DNA of 55,435 nt from a virus (IMGVR_UViG_3300019880_000002:1-55435); one strand, 5' to 3'. Shown: positions 44,880-53,781, counted from the first letter of the stretch. Translations and numbers: made by a program. The notes: a model not told the origin generated them from the sequence alone.

Positions 44880-47259
44880 ACATCTTGGCGCTGACTGCTC
44901 TCACTGCCCGCTGCGAGACGGTGCGTATGTGCCTTCACAACACCCACAGGGAGTGCGGGAGCGAGTAGATGGCGAACGTAGATTAGTTGTAGTCGGTGAG
45001 GCTCCTGGATTTTACGAAGGGACCTACGGAAGACCGTTCACAGGACCTAGCGGAAAACTGCTGGATGCTGTCTTAAAGCATCATGGTATAAAACGAAGCG
45101 AGGTACTACTAACCAATGCTTGTCTATGCAGGCCTGAGAATAACGCAACTCCTCCTCGTAGCGCGATTGTTGCATGTAAGAATCGTCTCGCGAGGGAAAT
45201 TCGAGAATTCGAAACTACAGATATCGTTGCACTTGGTGGGACCGCAGGAACTCTTCTGGTTGACGATCCGGGCACAATTACCACGCTGCGAGTTGGGCCG
45301 CCTAAACTTGGCGCAAGGTTTCTCAATGCGCCGGAGGGGCCTGATAATACTATCCGAGTTATTCCGACTTGGCACCCGGCGTACTGTCTGCGAAATGCAG
45401 ATGCGTTCCCGGCCCTCGTATCCGACATTGGAAAACTGAAGGAGAGCAGTCGTGAGCCTTGGAGTGAACCTCAATGGCGAAGCTTTGACGATCCTGATCA
45501 GGCGCTCGCCGTCATCGCCGAACTGGGAGAGCTTGAAGGCCCTCTCGTCATTGATATTGAAGTCGGCATTGAAAAAGACGTTGCCGGAGACGATCACCCG
45601 AACAACTATTCTCTCCTCTGCGTGGGAATTGCTTACGCAAGGCGACGAGCAGTGGTTCTGGGTGAGCGTGCACTTGAAGACAGTACAGTGGTCGATGAAC
45701 TGCGGAAACTCTTCCGCGGAAAACGACTCATCGCCCACAATGGTAAATTTGATCTTGCCGGACTCTATCCAAGACTCGGCGCCTTGGAACTCTGGTTCGA
45801 CACCATGCTTGCCAGCTACTGCCTCGATGAACGACCAGGCAACCATGGTCTTAAGGTACTAGCTGTCGAAAAGCTTGGAGCTCCAAAGTACGACGACGAG
45901 ATCAGGCGCTTCATCCCGAAGCGTGGTAACTATGGTGATATCCCGCGCCCTATCCTTTACAAGTACAATGCAATGGATGTTGCTTGTACTTGGGACTTGT
46001 ACGAGATGTTCACGGAAGCAATGGAACGTGAAGATGTTCGTATGGTCCACGACTTCCTGATCAAGGCTTCTAACCAGCTCATGTACCTCGAGCTGAATGG
46101 AATCCACATTGACAAGGAAGCCATGGCTAAGCTTGATGCAGAGTACATGGGACGTCTCGAGCAACTCGAAACCGAGATGAACGAAGTCATCCAGAAGTCA
46201 ACAGGGCACCTGGACGATGGTAAGTGGCTCGGCATTAACCCAAGATCTCCAAAGCAAGTAAAGGGTTACCTGGAGACGCAGGGGGTCAACGTTGCATCTA
46301 CGAACGAAGAAACACTCACAGCGCTGCTCGCCAGATTGCCTGTCGGGAGTGCCCGAAGAGAGTTTGTCCGAGTTCTTCTTAGGTATCGACGCCAGCACAA
46401 GCTCTACAGTACATATATCGCTGGAATCCGTAAACGACTATACCGCGGACGTGTTTACACTACTTACATGCTCCACGGTACTACGAGCGGACGGCTGGCA
46501 TCTCGAAACCCGAATCTCCAAAACATTGTCCGTGATAAGGAGATCCGACGGCAGTTTGGTGTCACTCGACCAGACAACGTTCTGATCCAGTGTGACTACG
46601 CTAACGCGGAAGCACGTGTCATGGCTACGCTAGCCCAAGATGATTATCTTAAAACCATCCTCAGTAACCAAACACCAGGATATAAGTTCTTCAACGAACT
46701 ATCCGACCAGTTGTACGGTGCAGGCAAATGGGGCAAGGAGGAGTACATTCGTACGAAGGCATTCTTCTACGGCATTGCGTATGGACGTGAGTCGTGGTCG
46801 ATTGCAAGAGAGTACGGATTGTCAGCAAGAGAAGGTGAACGCCAGTATCGAGAGTTCCTGAATCTATTCCCTGGCGTGATGCAATGGCAAGAAGATATTA
46901 AGCACCATGTCTCGTCAGGTAAGCCTTTGGTCACACCATTCGGAAGGCGCAGACGGTTCTGGCTAATCACTGATAGTAATCGGAAGGATGTGATGAATGA
47001 AGCGCTGTCCTATTTGCCGCAAAGTACCGCAAGCGACATTTGCCTTAGCGCCCTTATACGTGTGCGTCCAATGTTGCGTGGTCTGGGTTTCCTCCGACTT
47101 ACTATTCACGACGCGCTCGTTGTCGAGTGCGCTGAGAGTCGTGCCGAGGAAGTATCAACACTTCTTAGTTCGGTCATGGTCGATGAGGGAAGACGGTACA
47201 CCGATTACATCCCCTTTCCCGTCGATAGTTCTATAGGCAAGAGTTGGGGTGACCTGTAA
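44869..47259 (+). CDS. Family A DNA polymerase with an N-terminal family-4 uracil-DNA glycosylase domain
   Basis: CSHCPL, GEAPG, HPAY (UDG); DIE, HNGKFD, YNAMD (exonuclease); SGRLAS, PNLQNI, DYANAE, KAFFYGIAYG, IHD (polymerase). Confidence 0.95.
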   Translation: MKAEHLGADCSHCPLRDGAYVPSQHPQGVRERVDGERRLVVVGEAPGFYEGTYGRPFTGPSGKLLDAVLKHHGIKRSEVLLTNACLCRPENNATPPRSAIVACKNRLAREIREFETTDIVALGGTAGTLLVDDPGTITTLRVGPPKLGARFLNAPEGPDNTIRVIPTWHPAYCLRNADAFPALVSDIGKLKESSREPWSEPQWRSFDDPDQALAVIAELGELEGPLVIDIEVGIEKDVAGDDHPNNYSLLCVGIAYARRRAVVLGERALEDSTVVDELRKLFRGKRLIAHNGKFDLAGLYPRLGALELWFDTMLASYCLDERPGNHGLKVLAVEKLGAPKYDDEIRRFIPKRGNYGDIPRPILYKYNAMDVACTWDLYEMFTEAMEREDVRMVHDFLIKASNQLMYLELNGIHIDKEAMAKLDAEYMGRLEQLETEMNEVIQKSTGHLDDGKWLGINPRSPKQVKGYLETQGVNVASTNEETLTALLARLPVGSARREFVRVLLRYRRQHKLYSTYIAGIRKRLYRGRVYTTYMLHGTTSGRLASRNPNLQNIVRDKEIRRQFGVTRPDNVLIQCDYANAEARVMATLAQDDYLKTILSNQTPGYKFFNELSDQLYGAGKWGKEEYIRTKAFFYGIAYGRESWSIAREYGLSAREGERQYREFLNLFPGVMQWQEDIKHHVSSGKPLVTPFGRRRRFWLITDSNRKDVMNEALSYLPQSTASDICLSALIRVRPMLRGLGFLRLTIHDALVVECAESRAEEVSTLLSSVMVDEGRRYTDYIPFPVDSSIGKSWGDL

Positions 47260-47350
47260 TGAAGTGGAAGACCATCGAGAAGATTCTGGTGGTCGTTGGT
47301 GCCCTAGTGGCTTTGCTATCGTACGCTACAGTATCTGGGGTGAAACTATA

Positions 47351-47671
47351 GTGCCTAGAGGACAAGCATCCGAAATAGGTGCGGAGCGAGTAGCTCCTAA
47401 TGGGTACAGGTATGTAAAGACAGGTACTGGCTGGGAGCTCTGCAGCCGCCTCATTGCAGAGAACCGGCTTGGTCGTAAGCTTCGAGCTGACGAGTATGTC
47501 ACGTTCAAGGATACCGACAGGACCAACCTCGACCCGAACAACCTACTGGTTCAACGACGTGGACGCTCATCCCTGAAGCGTCAGCTAGCTTTGGTCGACG
47601 CCCGCATCTTAGAATTGACAGCAACAAAGAAGGAACTGGAACGCAGGCTCAAGATTCAGCAGAAGCTATGA
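47351..47671 (+). CDS. Degenerate HNH-like protein with C-terminal coiled coil
   Basis: NGYRYVK...RLIAENRLGRKL..EYVTFKDTDRTNLDPNNL; the usual HH is replaced by TF. Confidence 0.65.
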   Translation: MPRGQASEIGAERVAPNGYRYVKTGTGWELCSRLIAENRLGRKLRADEYVTFKDTDRTNLDPNNLLVQRRGRSSLKRQLALVDARILELTATKKELERRLKIQQKL

Positions 47672-47755
47672 TCCTTCGCTTCTTAATCTGGTTGGGTATG
47701 ATCGATGTGTACACCTACCCAGAGAATCTAGATGTAAGCGTTAAGATAGACAATT

Positions 47756-47841
47756 AGAAAGACCTAAGAGACGTATAGAGAGACAAAATGAATGAGGGCT
47801 TTAGCTACAAGTACCTATCGTTTTGTCTCTCTTACGTCTCT
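47756..47841. repeat. AT-rich palindromic element, copy 4 of 4
   Basis: AGAGACGTA-T-AGAGAGACAAAA / TTTTGTCTCTCT-TACGTCTCT; 47756-47773 is nearly the reverse complement of 30568-30586. Confidence 0.75.
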
Positions 47842-47890
47842 CTGTTTGCGTAAGCTCAACACCCACAGGGGCTACTAGCGGCAAAAGGGA

Positions 47891-48037
47891 ATGGATGCAT
47901 ACATGAGTGCTACACAACTTGCATTGGGAATCATTATCACGTTTGCCTTCATGGTCGTAGCGCTAACTGCTATCGATGCATGGAAGAAAGTCAACGGAGC
48001 ACGTCTTGAGGACGATGGAAAGGACCCCGACGCGTGA
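47891..48037 (+). CDS. Small membrane protein (48 aa; not in the ORF track)
   Basis: LALGIIITFAFMVVALTAI TM; GTGA overlap with the next gene. Confidence 0.55.
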   Translation: MDAYMSATQLALGIIITFAFMVVALTAIDAWKKVNGARLEDDGKDPDA

Positions 48038-48477
48038 TCATTGTTGCAGGTGGTAGAAGGACAGGTAAGACGGAAGCGATCCTTCGATGGATTGCAGAGA
48101 GTCCTGAGATGCGTTGTGTCATCGTTAAGGACAATGATCGAGCAGCGTATATCATCGATAGGCTGCGCAGCTACATCAAGGACTACCCATGGAGGCAGCA
48201 TGTCATCACTGCTGGTCAGATTGCAATCGGCGGATACACACGAGGAAGGAACCCTGCGTTCCACTTCCCTGAGGTAGCCATCGACGACGCTGAAGAGGTC
48301 TTCTCCGTCATGTTCGGTGTGACTCTTGAGTTCATGTCGATGAACGCTACATACATCCCACTCGGACCTCAGCAGCCAGATGTCGTCAGAGCTCGTGCAA
48401 CGATTCAGACTGAGATCCATGATAGGCCTGTGCTCACCCTAATTGAAGGCGGAGAGTATGACTCCGATAAGTGGTGA
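48034..48477 (+). CDS. Small P-loop NTPase
   Basis: GGRRTGKT Walker A, VAIDDAE Walker B. Confidence 0.7.
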   Translation: MIIVAGGRRTGKTEAILRWIAESPEMRCVIVKDNDRAAYIIDRLRSYIKDYPWRQHVITAGQIAIGGYTRGRNPAFHFPEVAIDDAEEVFSVMFGVTLEFMSMNATYIPLGPQQPDVVRARATIQTEIHDRPVLTLIEGGEYDSDKW

Positions 48478-48997
48478 GAGGCCTCCAAAGCTGATCATCG
48501 CCATCGACCCCGGAGGTACAACAGGCATTGCTCACTGGATGCCTGCGGCTCATGACAAGCTCGATGGCTTTTGGGATCGCGAAGAAATCCCGGGGTGCGA
48601 TGATGATCAGGCACTAGCTTTCCTGTTCAGCCGACTGCGTCTGATTATCTCACGCACGGAACCCTTCACAACAATACCAAGGATTCACTTCCTCTACGAG
48701 AGCTTCGACTTCCGAATGAGCGAGAGGCACCGAGACAAGATCGACTACACAGCTGCAGAGGTCATCGGCGCCATTAGGCATTGGGGCCTCGGGTGTTCTC
48801 ACATCAAGTTTATTCGAGCAGGTGCCGGGCTCGGCAAAGGCTTCTGGTCGGATGACAAGATCAAACAAGCGGGCCTGTGGGTGCCTGGAAAACGTCACGC
48901 GATGGATGCCACGCGGCACTTGTTGAGATACCGTGCCTTTATCCTTAACGACCACTCACTCTTCGAACCGTTTCGACCTATAGCGGAGAGCGAATGA
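48443..48997 (+). CDS. RuvC-like Holliday junction resolvase
   Basis: IAIDPGGTTGIA, YESF, EVIG, HAMDA. Confidence 0.8.
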   Translation: MKAESMTPISGERPPKLIIAIDPGGTTGIAHWMPAAHDKLDGFWDREEIPGCDDDQALAFLFSRLRLIISRTEPFTTIPRIHFLYESFDFRMSERHRDKIDYTAAEVIGAIRHWGLGCSHIKFIRAGAGLGKGFWSDDKIKQAGLWVPGKRHAMDATRHLLRYRAFILNDHSLFEPFRPIAESE

Positions 48998-49185
48998 AAT
49001 ACAAGTACACCTTCCACTTCGTATACGGCAGCGTCACCAGCATCGATGCTGGTGGTCATCGAGATGAGGGACCCCCTTTTGCGTCAATTCTCCTGTTCGA
49101 AAAGCTAGGTAGCATCGAGCCTGGACTGATTGGCAAGGTCTACAAGGCGCACCTGTTGTACTGGACCCGTAGCGAAAACGAGTAA
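48994..49185 (+). CDS. Hypothetical protein
   Basis: ATGA overlap; last gene of the plus arm. Confidence 0.6.
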   Translation: MKYKYTFHFVYGSVTSIDAGGHRDEGPPFASILLFEKLGSIEPGLIGKVYKAHLLYWTRSENE

Positions 49186-49187
49186 AA

Positions 49188-49238
49188 CACTAGCCGGCAG
49201 CTGAGGGGAGGGTGAATGCCCCAGGCTGCCGGCTAGTG
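49188..49238. terminator. Hairpin at the convergence of the two arms
   Basis: 14-bp CACTAGCCGGCAGC/GCTGCCGGCTAGTG between convergent stop codons. Confidence 0.8.
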
Positions 49239-49250
49239 GTCTGTGTAAAA

Positions 49251-50051
49251 CTAGTAAGGCTGGAACCAGGATAGGTCGACTCCGACTACGCTAATGACCT
49301 GCGTCCTGATTGTGCCTGCGCCACCAGTTCTACGATGTTCGAGGTTCAAGGCTGCTACGTTACCATTGCTACCCTGCGATACCATGGATGAACGTTTTAC
49401 GATGAGATCCATGTACTGGAAGGCACCAGAGGGTACTGAGGTGGTCTGTGTGAACGTTCCACCATTTTCGGTGACGCGAAGCTCACTAGTGTTGCCGCCA
49501 TCGTTCTGAACGAGAACACGAATCCTGCAGTGCGCGTGATACATGTACCATTCAGCCGACATGATGAATGCGAACGTTCCAGACGTACTACTCTGGTACA
49601 CACCAGTAGTGAACGACTGATGCATGATCGGATCGTCCATACCACGTCGGTAGTTGGTAGAGTCAGACAAGATTGTGTCGCCTGACTTATCCATCACGCG
49701 GACTGTGGGGAAGCAGAAGGAAGGGTCAGCGACAAAGCCATCGACAGTAGTTAACTCGAGCGAAGGCTGACCTGAAGTAAAGTCCGCTCCAGGTACTGTA
49801 TCTGATCGATACACAACTAGTGACATACCGTCTTCGCCGTTGACAACGACGTTCGATCCTGCCGATATCCTACCTTCATTCGTAGCATCGTCACGAATTA
49901 CATCAAGGACTCCACCCTTGATTGTAATTCCACCAGTGTTCACGCCTGTGTTAGGTGCTTGTGGCGTACGCTCCAGAGCTGATAACCGTCGCTCGAGCTG
50001 TACGATCCTATCGATGAGGTCTGGATCGTTTCTATATCTGCCTCTACTCAT
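49251..50051 (-). CDS. Minor tail protein
   Basis: MSRGRY...DLIDRIVQLERRLSALER coiled coil followed by a beta-rich domain. Confidence 0.75.
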   Translation of the reverse strand: MSRGRYRNDPDLIDRIVQLERRLSALERTPQAPNTGVNTGGITIKGGVLDVIRDDATNEGRISAGSNVVVNGEDGMSLVVYRSDTVPGADFTSGQPSLELTTVDGFVADPSFCFPTVRVMDKSGDTILSDSTNYRRGMDDPIMHQSFTTGVYQSSTSGTFAFIMSAEWYMYHAHCRIRVLVQNDGGNTSELRVTENGGTFTQTTSVPSGAFQYMDLIVKRSSMVSQGSNGNVAALNLEHRRTGGAGTIRTQVISVVGVDLSWFQPY

Positions 50052-51129
50052 TTTCGTCTCCTGCGAAGAACAGGGAGAACTCGTCAGTGTTCTCTGACGA
50101 TTGAGGTTGAAGAGTCCACTTCGTGATGCGAGTCTGGAAGGTGAAGGTCGATGGGAAGCGTGCATCAGTCATAGTCACGCTACATGCATCGCCAAGGCTG
50201 AAGCTTCCGAACTCTGGAATCTTCTCCGCCTTAAGCGTTGGCTTGATGACCAGCATGGGGGGCCTTCGAATGATTGCTTCCTGTTCGGCAAAGCTAGCGA
50301 GCTGAGCTGCATCGTCGATATCCTTGCGAGGCGCGATCACATCCCAACGAGGTGATCCACCATCGATCATGTCCTGGTGAACAACTTCCTCAAAGAGCAT
50401 CGATGAGCCTTCACCAGATCCTAGCGTGAAGACATTCGTGCCAGCGTCGACCATCGATTCGGTAGCGTAGTAGTTCAAGAGGCTGCCCGGATACTCGAAT
50501 GTCAGCCGTGTGGGATCTGGACTACCTAGTGCCGGGTATCCGTAGCGCAATGTCTTGATGTACTGGATTCCTGACTTGGCGACGTCAATAGTCCAGTCGA
50601 AGCCATTAGAGGAATCCGACAACGTCGACATAACCTCGTCGTAGAACTTGAAGTCTGTGTCATCAACTTCTACTGCCTTACTCACTAGGAGTGGTGGCGT
50701 ATCTGATGGAAGGTTGATGTTTACGTTTCGCCCATCTACAGCTTGCATGTGTGTCCAAAGGTCCCTAAACAGAACGAGTTGTTCGATAGGACCTGTATGG
50801 ATTGAGGAGCGAATTAGTTGATGGGTTGGATAGTACTCAAAGCTCTGGCAGTATAGCTGTACTGACTTTGCCTGACTCTGATACGTACGACTCCAAACAT
50901 AACCACACCAAATGGGAATACCGTTCCGCTCGCACACAACGAATGTGCGTCCAGGAATAGTTGCATCCATTAGTGTCTGGTTGTCGTAGCCAGTCATGTC
51001 AAGGTGGAAAGATCCATCAAGTCTTCCACCGACATTAAGTTCCATGTCCATGTACGTACCATTCAAAGGGATCTCAGCGATCACCTGCTCGGTACGCATA
51101 GAGCTGAATACAAAGTTGTAGTCAGTCAT
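50044..51129 (-). CDS. Minor tail protein (Tal/baseplate hub-like)
   Basis: VCERNGIPIWCGYVWSR, GFDWTID, FSLGD pattern. Confidence 0.8.
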   Translation of the reverse strand: MTDYNFVFSSMRTEQVIAEIPLNGTYMDMELNVGGRLDGSFHLDMTGYDNQTLMDATIPGRTFVVCERNGIPIWCGYVWSRTYQSQAKSVQLYCQSFEYYPTHQLIRSSIHTGPIEQLVLFRDLWTHMQAVDGRNVNINLPSDTPPLLVSKAVEVDDTDFKFYDEVMSTLSDSSNGFDWTIDVAKSGIQYIKTLRYGYPALGSPDPTRLTFEYPGSLLNYYATESMVDAGTNVFTLGSGEGSSMLFEEVVHQDMIDGGSPRWDVIAPRKDIDDAAQLASFAEQEAIIRRPPMLVIKPTLKAEKIPEFGSFSLGDACSVTMTDARFPSTFTFQTRITKWTLQPQSSENTDEFSLFFAGDENE

Positions 51130-51153
51130 CGTGCTTCACCCTTTCCCACGATG

Positions 51154-51405
51154 CTAGCACTCGAAGCGCTTCTTCAGCTCCGCCATTGTGGCTGCAAGCT
51201 GCTTCCCGATCGGCGTTTGTGGCGGGCTCGTCCGATAGGCATCATCAAGCACATTCACGAGATCGCACCACTGTTGATTGCTCGATCGGTCGACATAGTT
51301 GGTGTACTGGATTGCCACCACACCCATGATGATCGAGGAGAGGAACGCGACCGCAAGTACGTACCAGACCGACTTATTTACGGTGGAGGTCTTGGGTTGT
51401 GTCAC
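51154..51405 (-). CDS. Lysis-cassette membrane protein
   Basis: N-terminal TM and two Cys; follows the holin-like gene. Confidence 0.65.
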   Translation of the reverse strand: MTQPKTSTVNKSVWYVLAVAFLSSIIMGVVAIQYTNYVDRSSNQQWCDLVNVLDDAYRTSPPQTPIGKQLAATMAELKKRFEC

Positions 51406-51661
51406 CTCCCACCTCCGAAGATCTCGGCGACGAATGCGACGAGCCCTGCTGCGGTTCCGAAGGCTGAGAAGGCGATGACTGCGTAGCGGTATTGCGTAAA
51501 GCCCAAAGAGCCGCCGCCCCGGGGAGGCCGATCATAGCGGTGAACACCAACAGTAACAGGGCGTCTACCTTGCCGGTAAACTGTTGGTACGCTATTCCCG
51601 CCAGGCCGCCCGTAAACAGTAGAACGTCCTTCACGATAATAACGAGTTTCTCTGTCTTCAC
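51374..51661 (-). CDS. Holin-like protein (2 TM)
   Basis: Two hydrophobic helices directly after the endolysin. Confidence 0.65.
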   Translation of the reverse strand: MKTEKLVIIVKDVLLFTGGLAGIAYQQFTGKVDALLLLVFTAMIGLPGAAALWALRNTATQSSPSQPSEPQQGSSHSSPRSSEVGGDTTQDLHRK

Positions 51662-51699
51662 GCATTCCCTACCCTTTCATCAGTAATGCGATCTCACAG

Positions 51700-52539
51700 T
51701 CAGGCTTTGGCAGGTCCGGAAGAAGCTGTACCACTTCCGCTGCCGGTAGTCGAGACTGTTATTGAGATCGGGACGTCGTGAGTGTGTGGCGCAAGGCCAC
51801 CTCCGCCAACGCCTAGCTCGTCGACGTTCTTGCCGAGGATGCCCGCATTGAACTGGGCATGCGTGATGAAGCGTTCTGGACCTGGAAAGGCAGCTTTCCA
51901 GCTATTGTACGTGTCGATGTCCTTAGCATGCTGGTACGTTCCGCCTCCGACTTTGCCAGCCTCGTGCAGATGCGGTCCAGCGTCACTGATGACGTAGTAA
52001 TCCATACCACCCAAATCCTTTCGTGCCAACCAAGCTTCCCAGGTCTCTCCTGAGAGCACTGATAGAATCATTTCCTGAGCAGGCCACTGATTACAGTAGA
52101 AAGACCACTCACTAATGTGTATATGCCATAGGTGCGAGGTGTCCGAGGTGACAGACACCCACGTGCCACTATCCGTGTTGCGCGACAGTCCATAGACCGT
52201 CGTTCCATTGAGTGTGCCGTAGAACTCACGCACTCCCAAAAGTCGATCGTCATTTGGATGAAGTGCAGCAGCTCGAAGCAATCCAGTTCGCTTCTTCATC
52301 TCTGCGTCGCTCAGCGTAAGGTCGATCGCTCGGGCCTTATCTTGCGGACCCTTTAGATCGAGTGGCAGCTTGATGCAGTAAGCACCTGGCCAGTTTGCCT
52401 TGTTCGCCTTGACGCTGTTGTGATAGCATACCTTATTGGCATAGATCCCACTAAGGCGTACACCTGGAAGGACAGCTGAACAACCTTCCCACAGGGCCCA
52501 CATCTCGTTGGTGATCATAGCCGGATTTGGATTAGCCAT
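51700..52539 (-). CDS. Endolysin (zinc peptidase-type catalytic domain)
   Basis: GIYANK..YHN, AIDL and HLWHIHIS metal-binding pattern; upstream of TM genes. Confidence 0.75.
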   Translation of the reverse strand: MANPNPAMITNEMWALWEGCSAVLPGVRLSGIYANKVCYHNSVKANKANWPGAYCIKLPLDLKGPQDKARAIDLTLSDAEMKKRTGLLRAAALHPNDDRLLGVREFYGTLNGTTVYGLSRNTDSGTWVSVTSDTSHLWHIHISEWSFYCNQWPAQEMILSVLSGETWEAWLARKDLGGMDYYVISDAGPHLHEAGKVGGGTYQHAKDIDTYNSWKAAFPGPERFITHAQFNAGILGKNVDELGVGGGGLAPHTHDVPISITVSTTGSGSGTASSGPAKA

Positions 52540-52715
52540 CACTTCAACCCCTTCGGGTTGACACCTTCGGAACGCCACTGATCGAACTCTTCATCAGTTA
52601 GGACAATGAGCCTCAAAGGGTTATCAACTCTACGAACTTTCCACTGACCGTCGATACGTCGGACCTGGTAGAGGTGCTCTTCGTCGAACAAATGCCAATC
52701 GTGATCGTCTGTCAT
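52539..52715 (-). CDS. Hypothetical protein (58 aa; not in the ORF track)
   Basis: GGAGG RBS; TGATG overlap with the endolysin start. Confidence 0.7.
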   Translation of the reverse strand: MTDDHDWHLFDEEHLYQVRRIDGQWKVRRVDNPLRLIVLTDEEFDQWRSEGVNPKGLK

Positions 52716-52725
52716 TTCACCCTCC

Positions 52726-53781
52726 TTAGACGTCGTACGTTATGTCCATGTCGCACCCATCGCCGGAAGCAAACGGAAATGGGTTAGTAGCAGTTACGAA
52801 TCCTACACAGCCTGGGCATATCTGAGTGTCAGTAATCAAATGCGTACTACCAGCGTGTGGACCATCCGAGCTGATGTCGTAGAACATGGCACTACCAGAA
52901 CGCTTGCCCATAGTAACGATTGCAGGCCCAGGCACAGTTGGCAAAGTGAAAAGCCAGAAACCGGAACCGAACGTCGTGGTCGACCCTACCGAAAGGTTGA
53001 CATGAACATTGACGGTGTTACCAGTCCACTTGTACTTACCTGATAGCGAGCCATTGCCAACTGCCGGTGAGGATGCGTTTGTAGTCCAGATCGGAGTATA
53101 AGCTGTCCAAGCGTTTACGAAGACGAACAGCCAGGTTGTTCCGCCATCCAACGTGATCAGGACATCGAGGGTGTTGATCTCGAAGATCATCTGACCGACG
53201 GGAACAGTCCCAGCAGCTGGTCTGGTAGTAGAAGTACAGGGGATTGTTCCAACAGGAAGCCATGTGCGCCTGTCAGTGATGTTCGCGTTGGTAATCGATG
53301 ATACTGCAGCACCAACAGCTATCTGAGCAAGGATCAAAGAGTTAGCAGGTGCAGCTGGAACAGCAGGTGAACCCGAAGGTGTACCTGCAATAACAACCAG
53401 CGAGCTAGAGTTCGTAGCACCGGAGTACTGCGAGTCCTGAACCTTGTAGCAGACGAGGTCGATACGAGCTAGCGTAGCATGTGCTGCGGTAACGCTCAGC
53501 GTGACATCAGCATCGTTCATTACACCATAGGCACCCTGGCTAGCATTCTCTGTACCAGGTACCCAAGCAACACCAGACTTGATGATGACTGCCATTGATG
53601 GCGAACCCGTCTGGGTTACCAACAGCTTGTTGCCTAGCGCACCATTTACTCCGCCACGTGAAACCAGGGAAGCTGATGCATTCGCTCCTGCGAGCAATCC
53701 GCTGATGTAGTTACGCTGCTGCACAGCAGTATGTGTAGCGCCAGCGTTCTGCAACCAGCCAGGAGGGTTAGTCTCTGCCAT
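52726..53781 (-). CDS. Minor tail / receptor-binding protein
   Basis: RIDLV...GTP...P..PANSLILAQI baseplate-anchor N-terminus; C-terminal WTAYTP...GKYK...FTLP head. Confidence 0.8.
   Translation of the reverse strand: MAETNPPGWLQNAGATHTAVQQRNYISGLLAGANASASLVSRGGVNGALGNKLLVTQTGSPSMAVIIKSGVAWVPGTENASQGAYGVMNDADVTLSVTAAHATLARIDLVCYKVQDSQYSGATNSSSLVVIAGTPSGSPAVPAAPANSLILAQIAVGAAVSSITNANITDRRTWLPVGTIPCTSTTRPAAGTVPVGQMIFEINTLDVLITLDGGTTWLFVFVNAWTAYTPIWTTNASSPAVGNGSLSGKYKWTGNTVNVHVNLSVGSTTTFGSGFWLFTLPTVPGPAIVTMGKRSGSAMFYDISSDGPHAGSTHLITDTQICPGCVGFVTATNPFPFASGDGCDMDITYDV

Noticed and set aside
43756-47259. 2-aminoadenine (Z) genome system
   Set aside because: No PurZ/PurA-like gene; the neighbouring genes are the preQ0 pathway
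51402-51665. Alternative-frame 87-aa ORF over the holin-like gene
   Set aside because: The overlapping frame 51374..51661 has two clear TM helices and fits the lysis context better; this frame cannot be fully excluded
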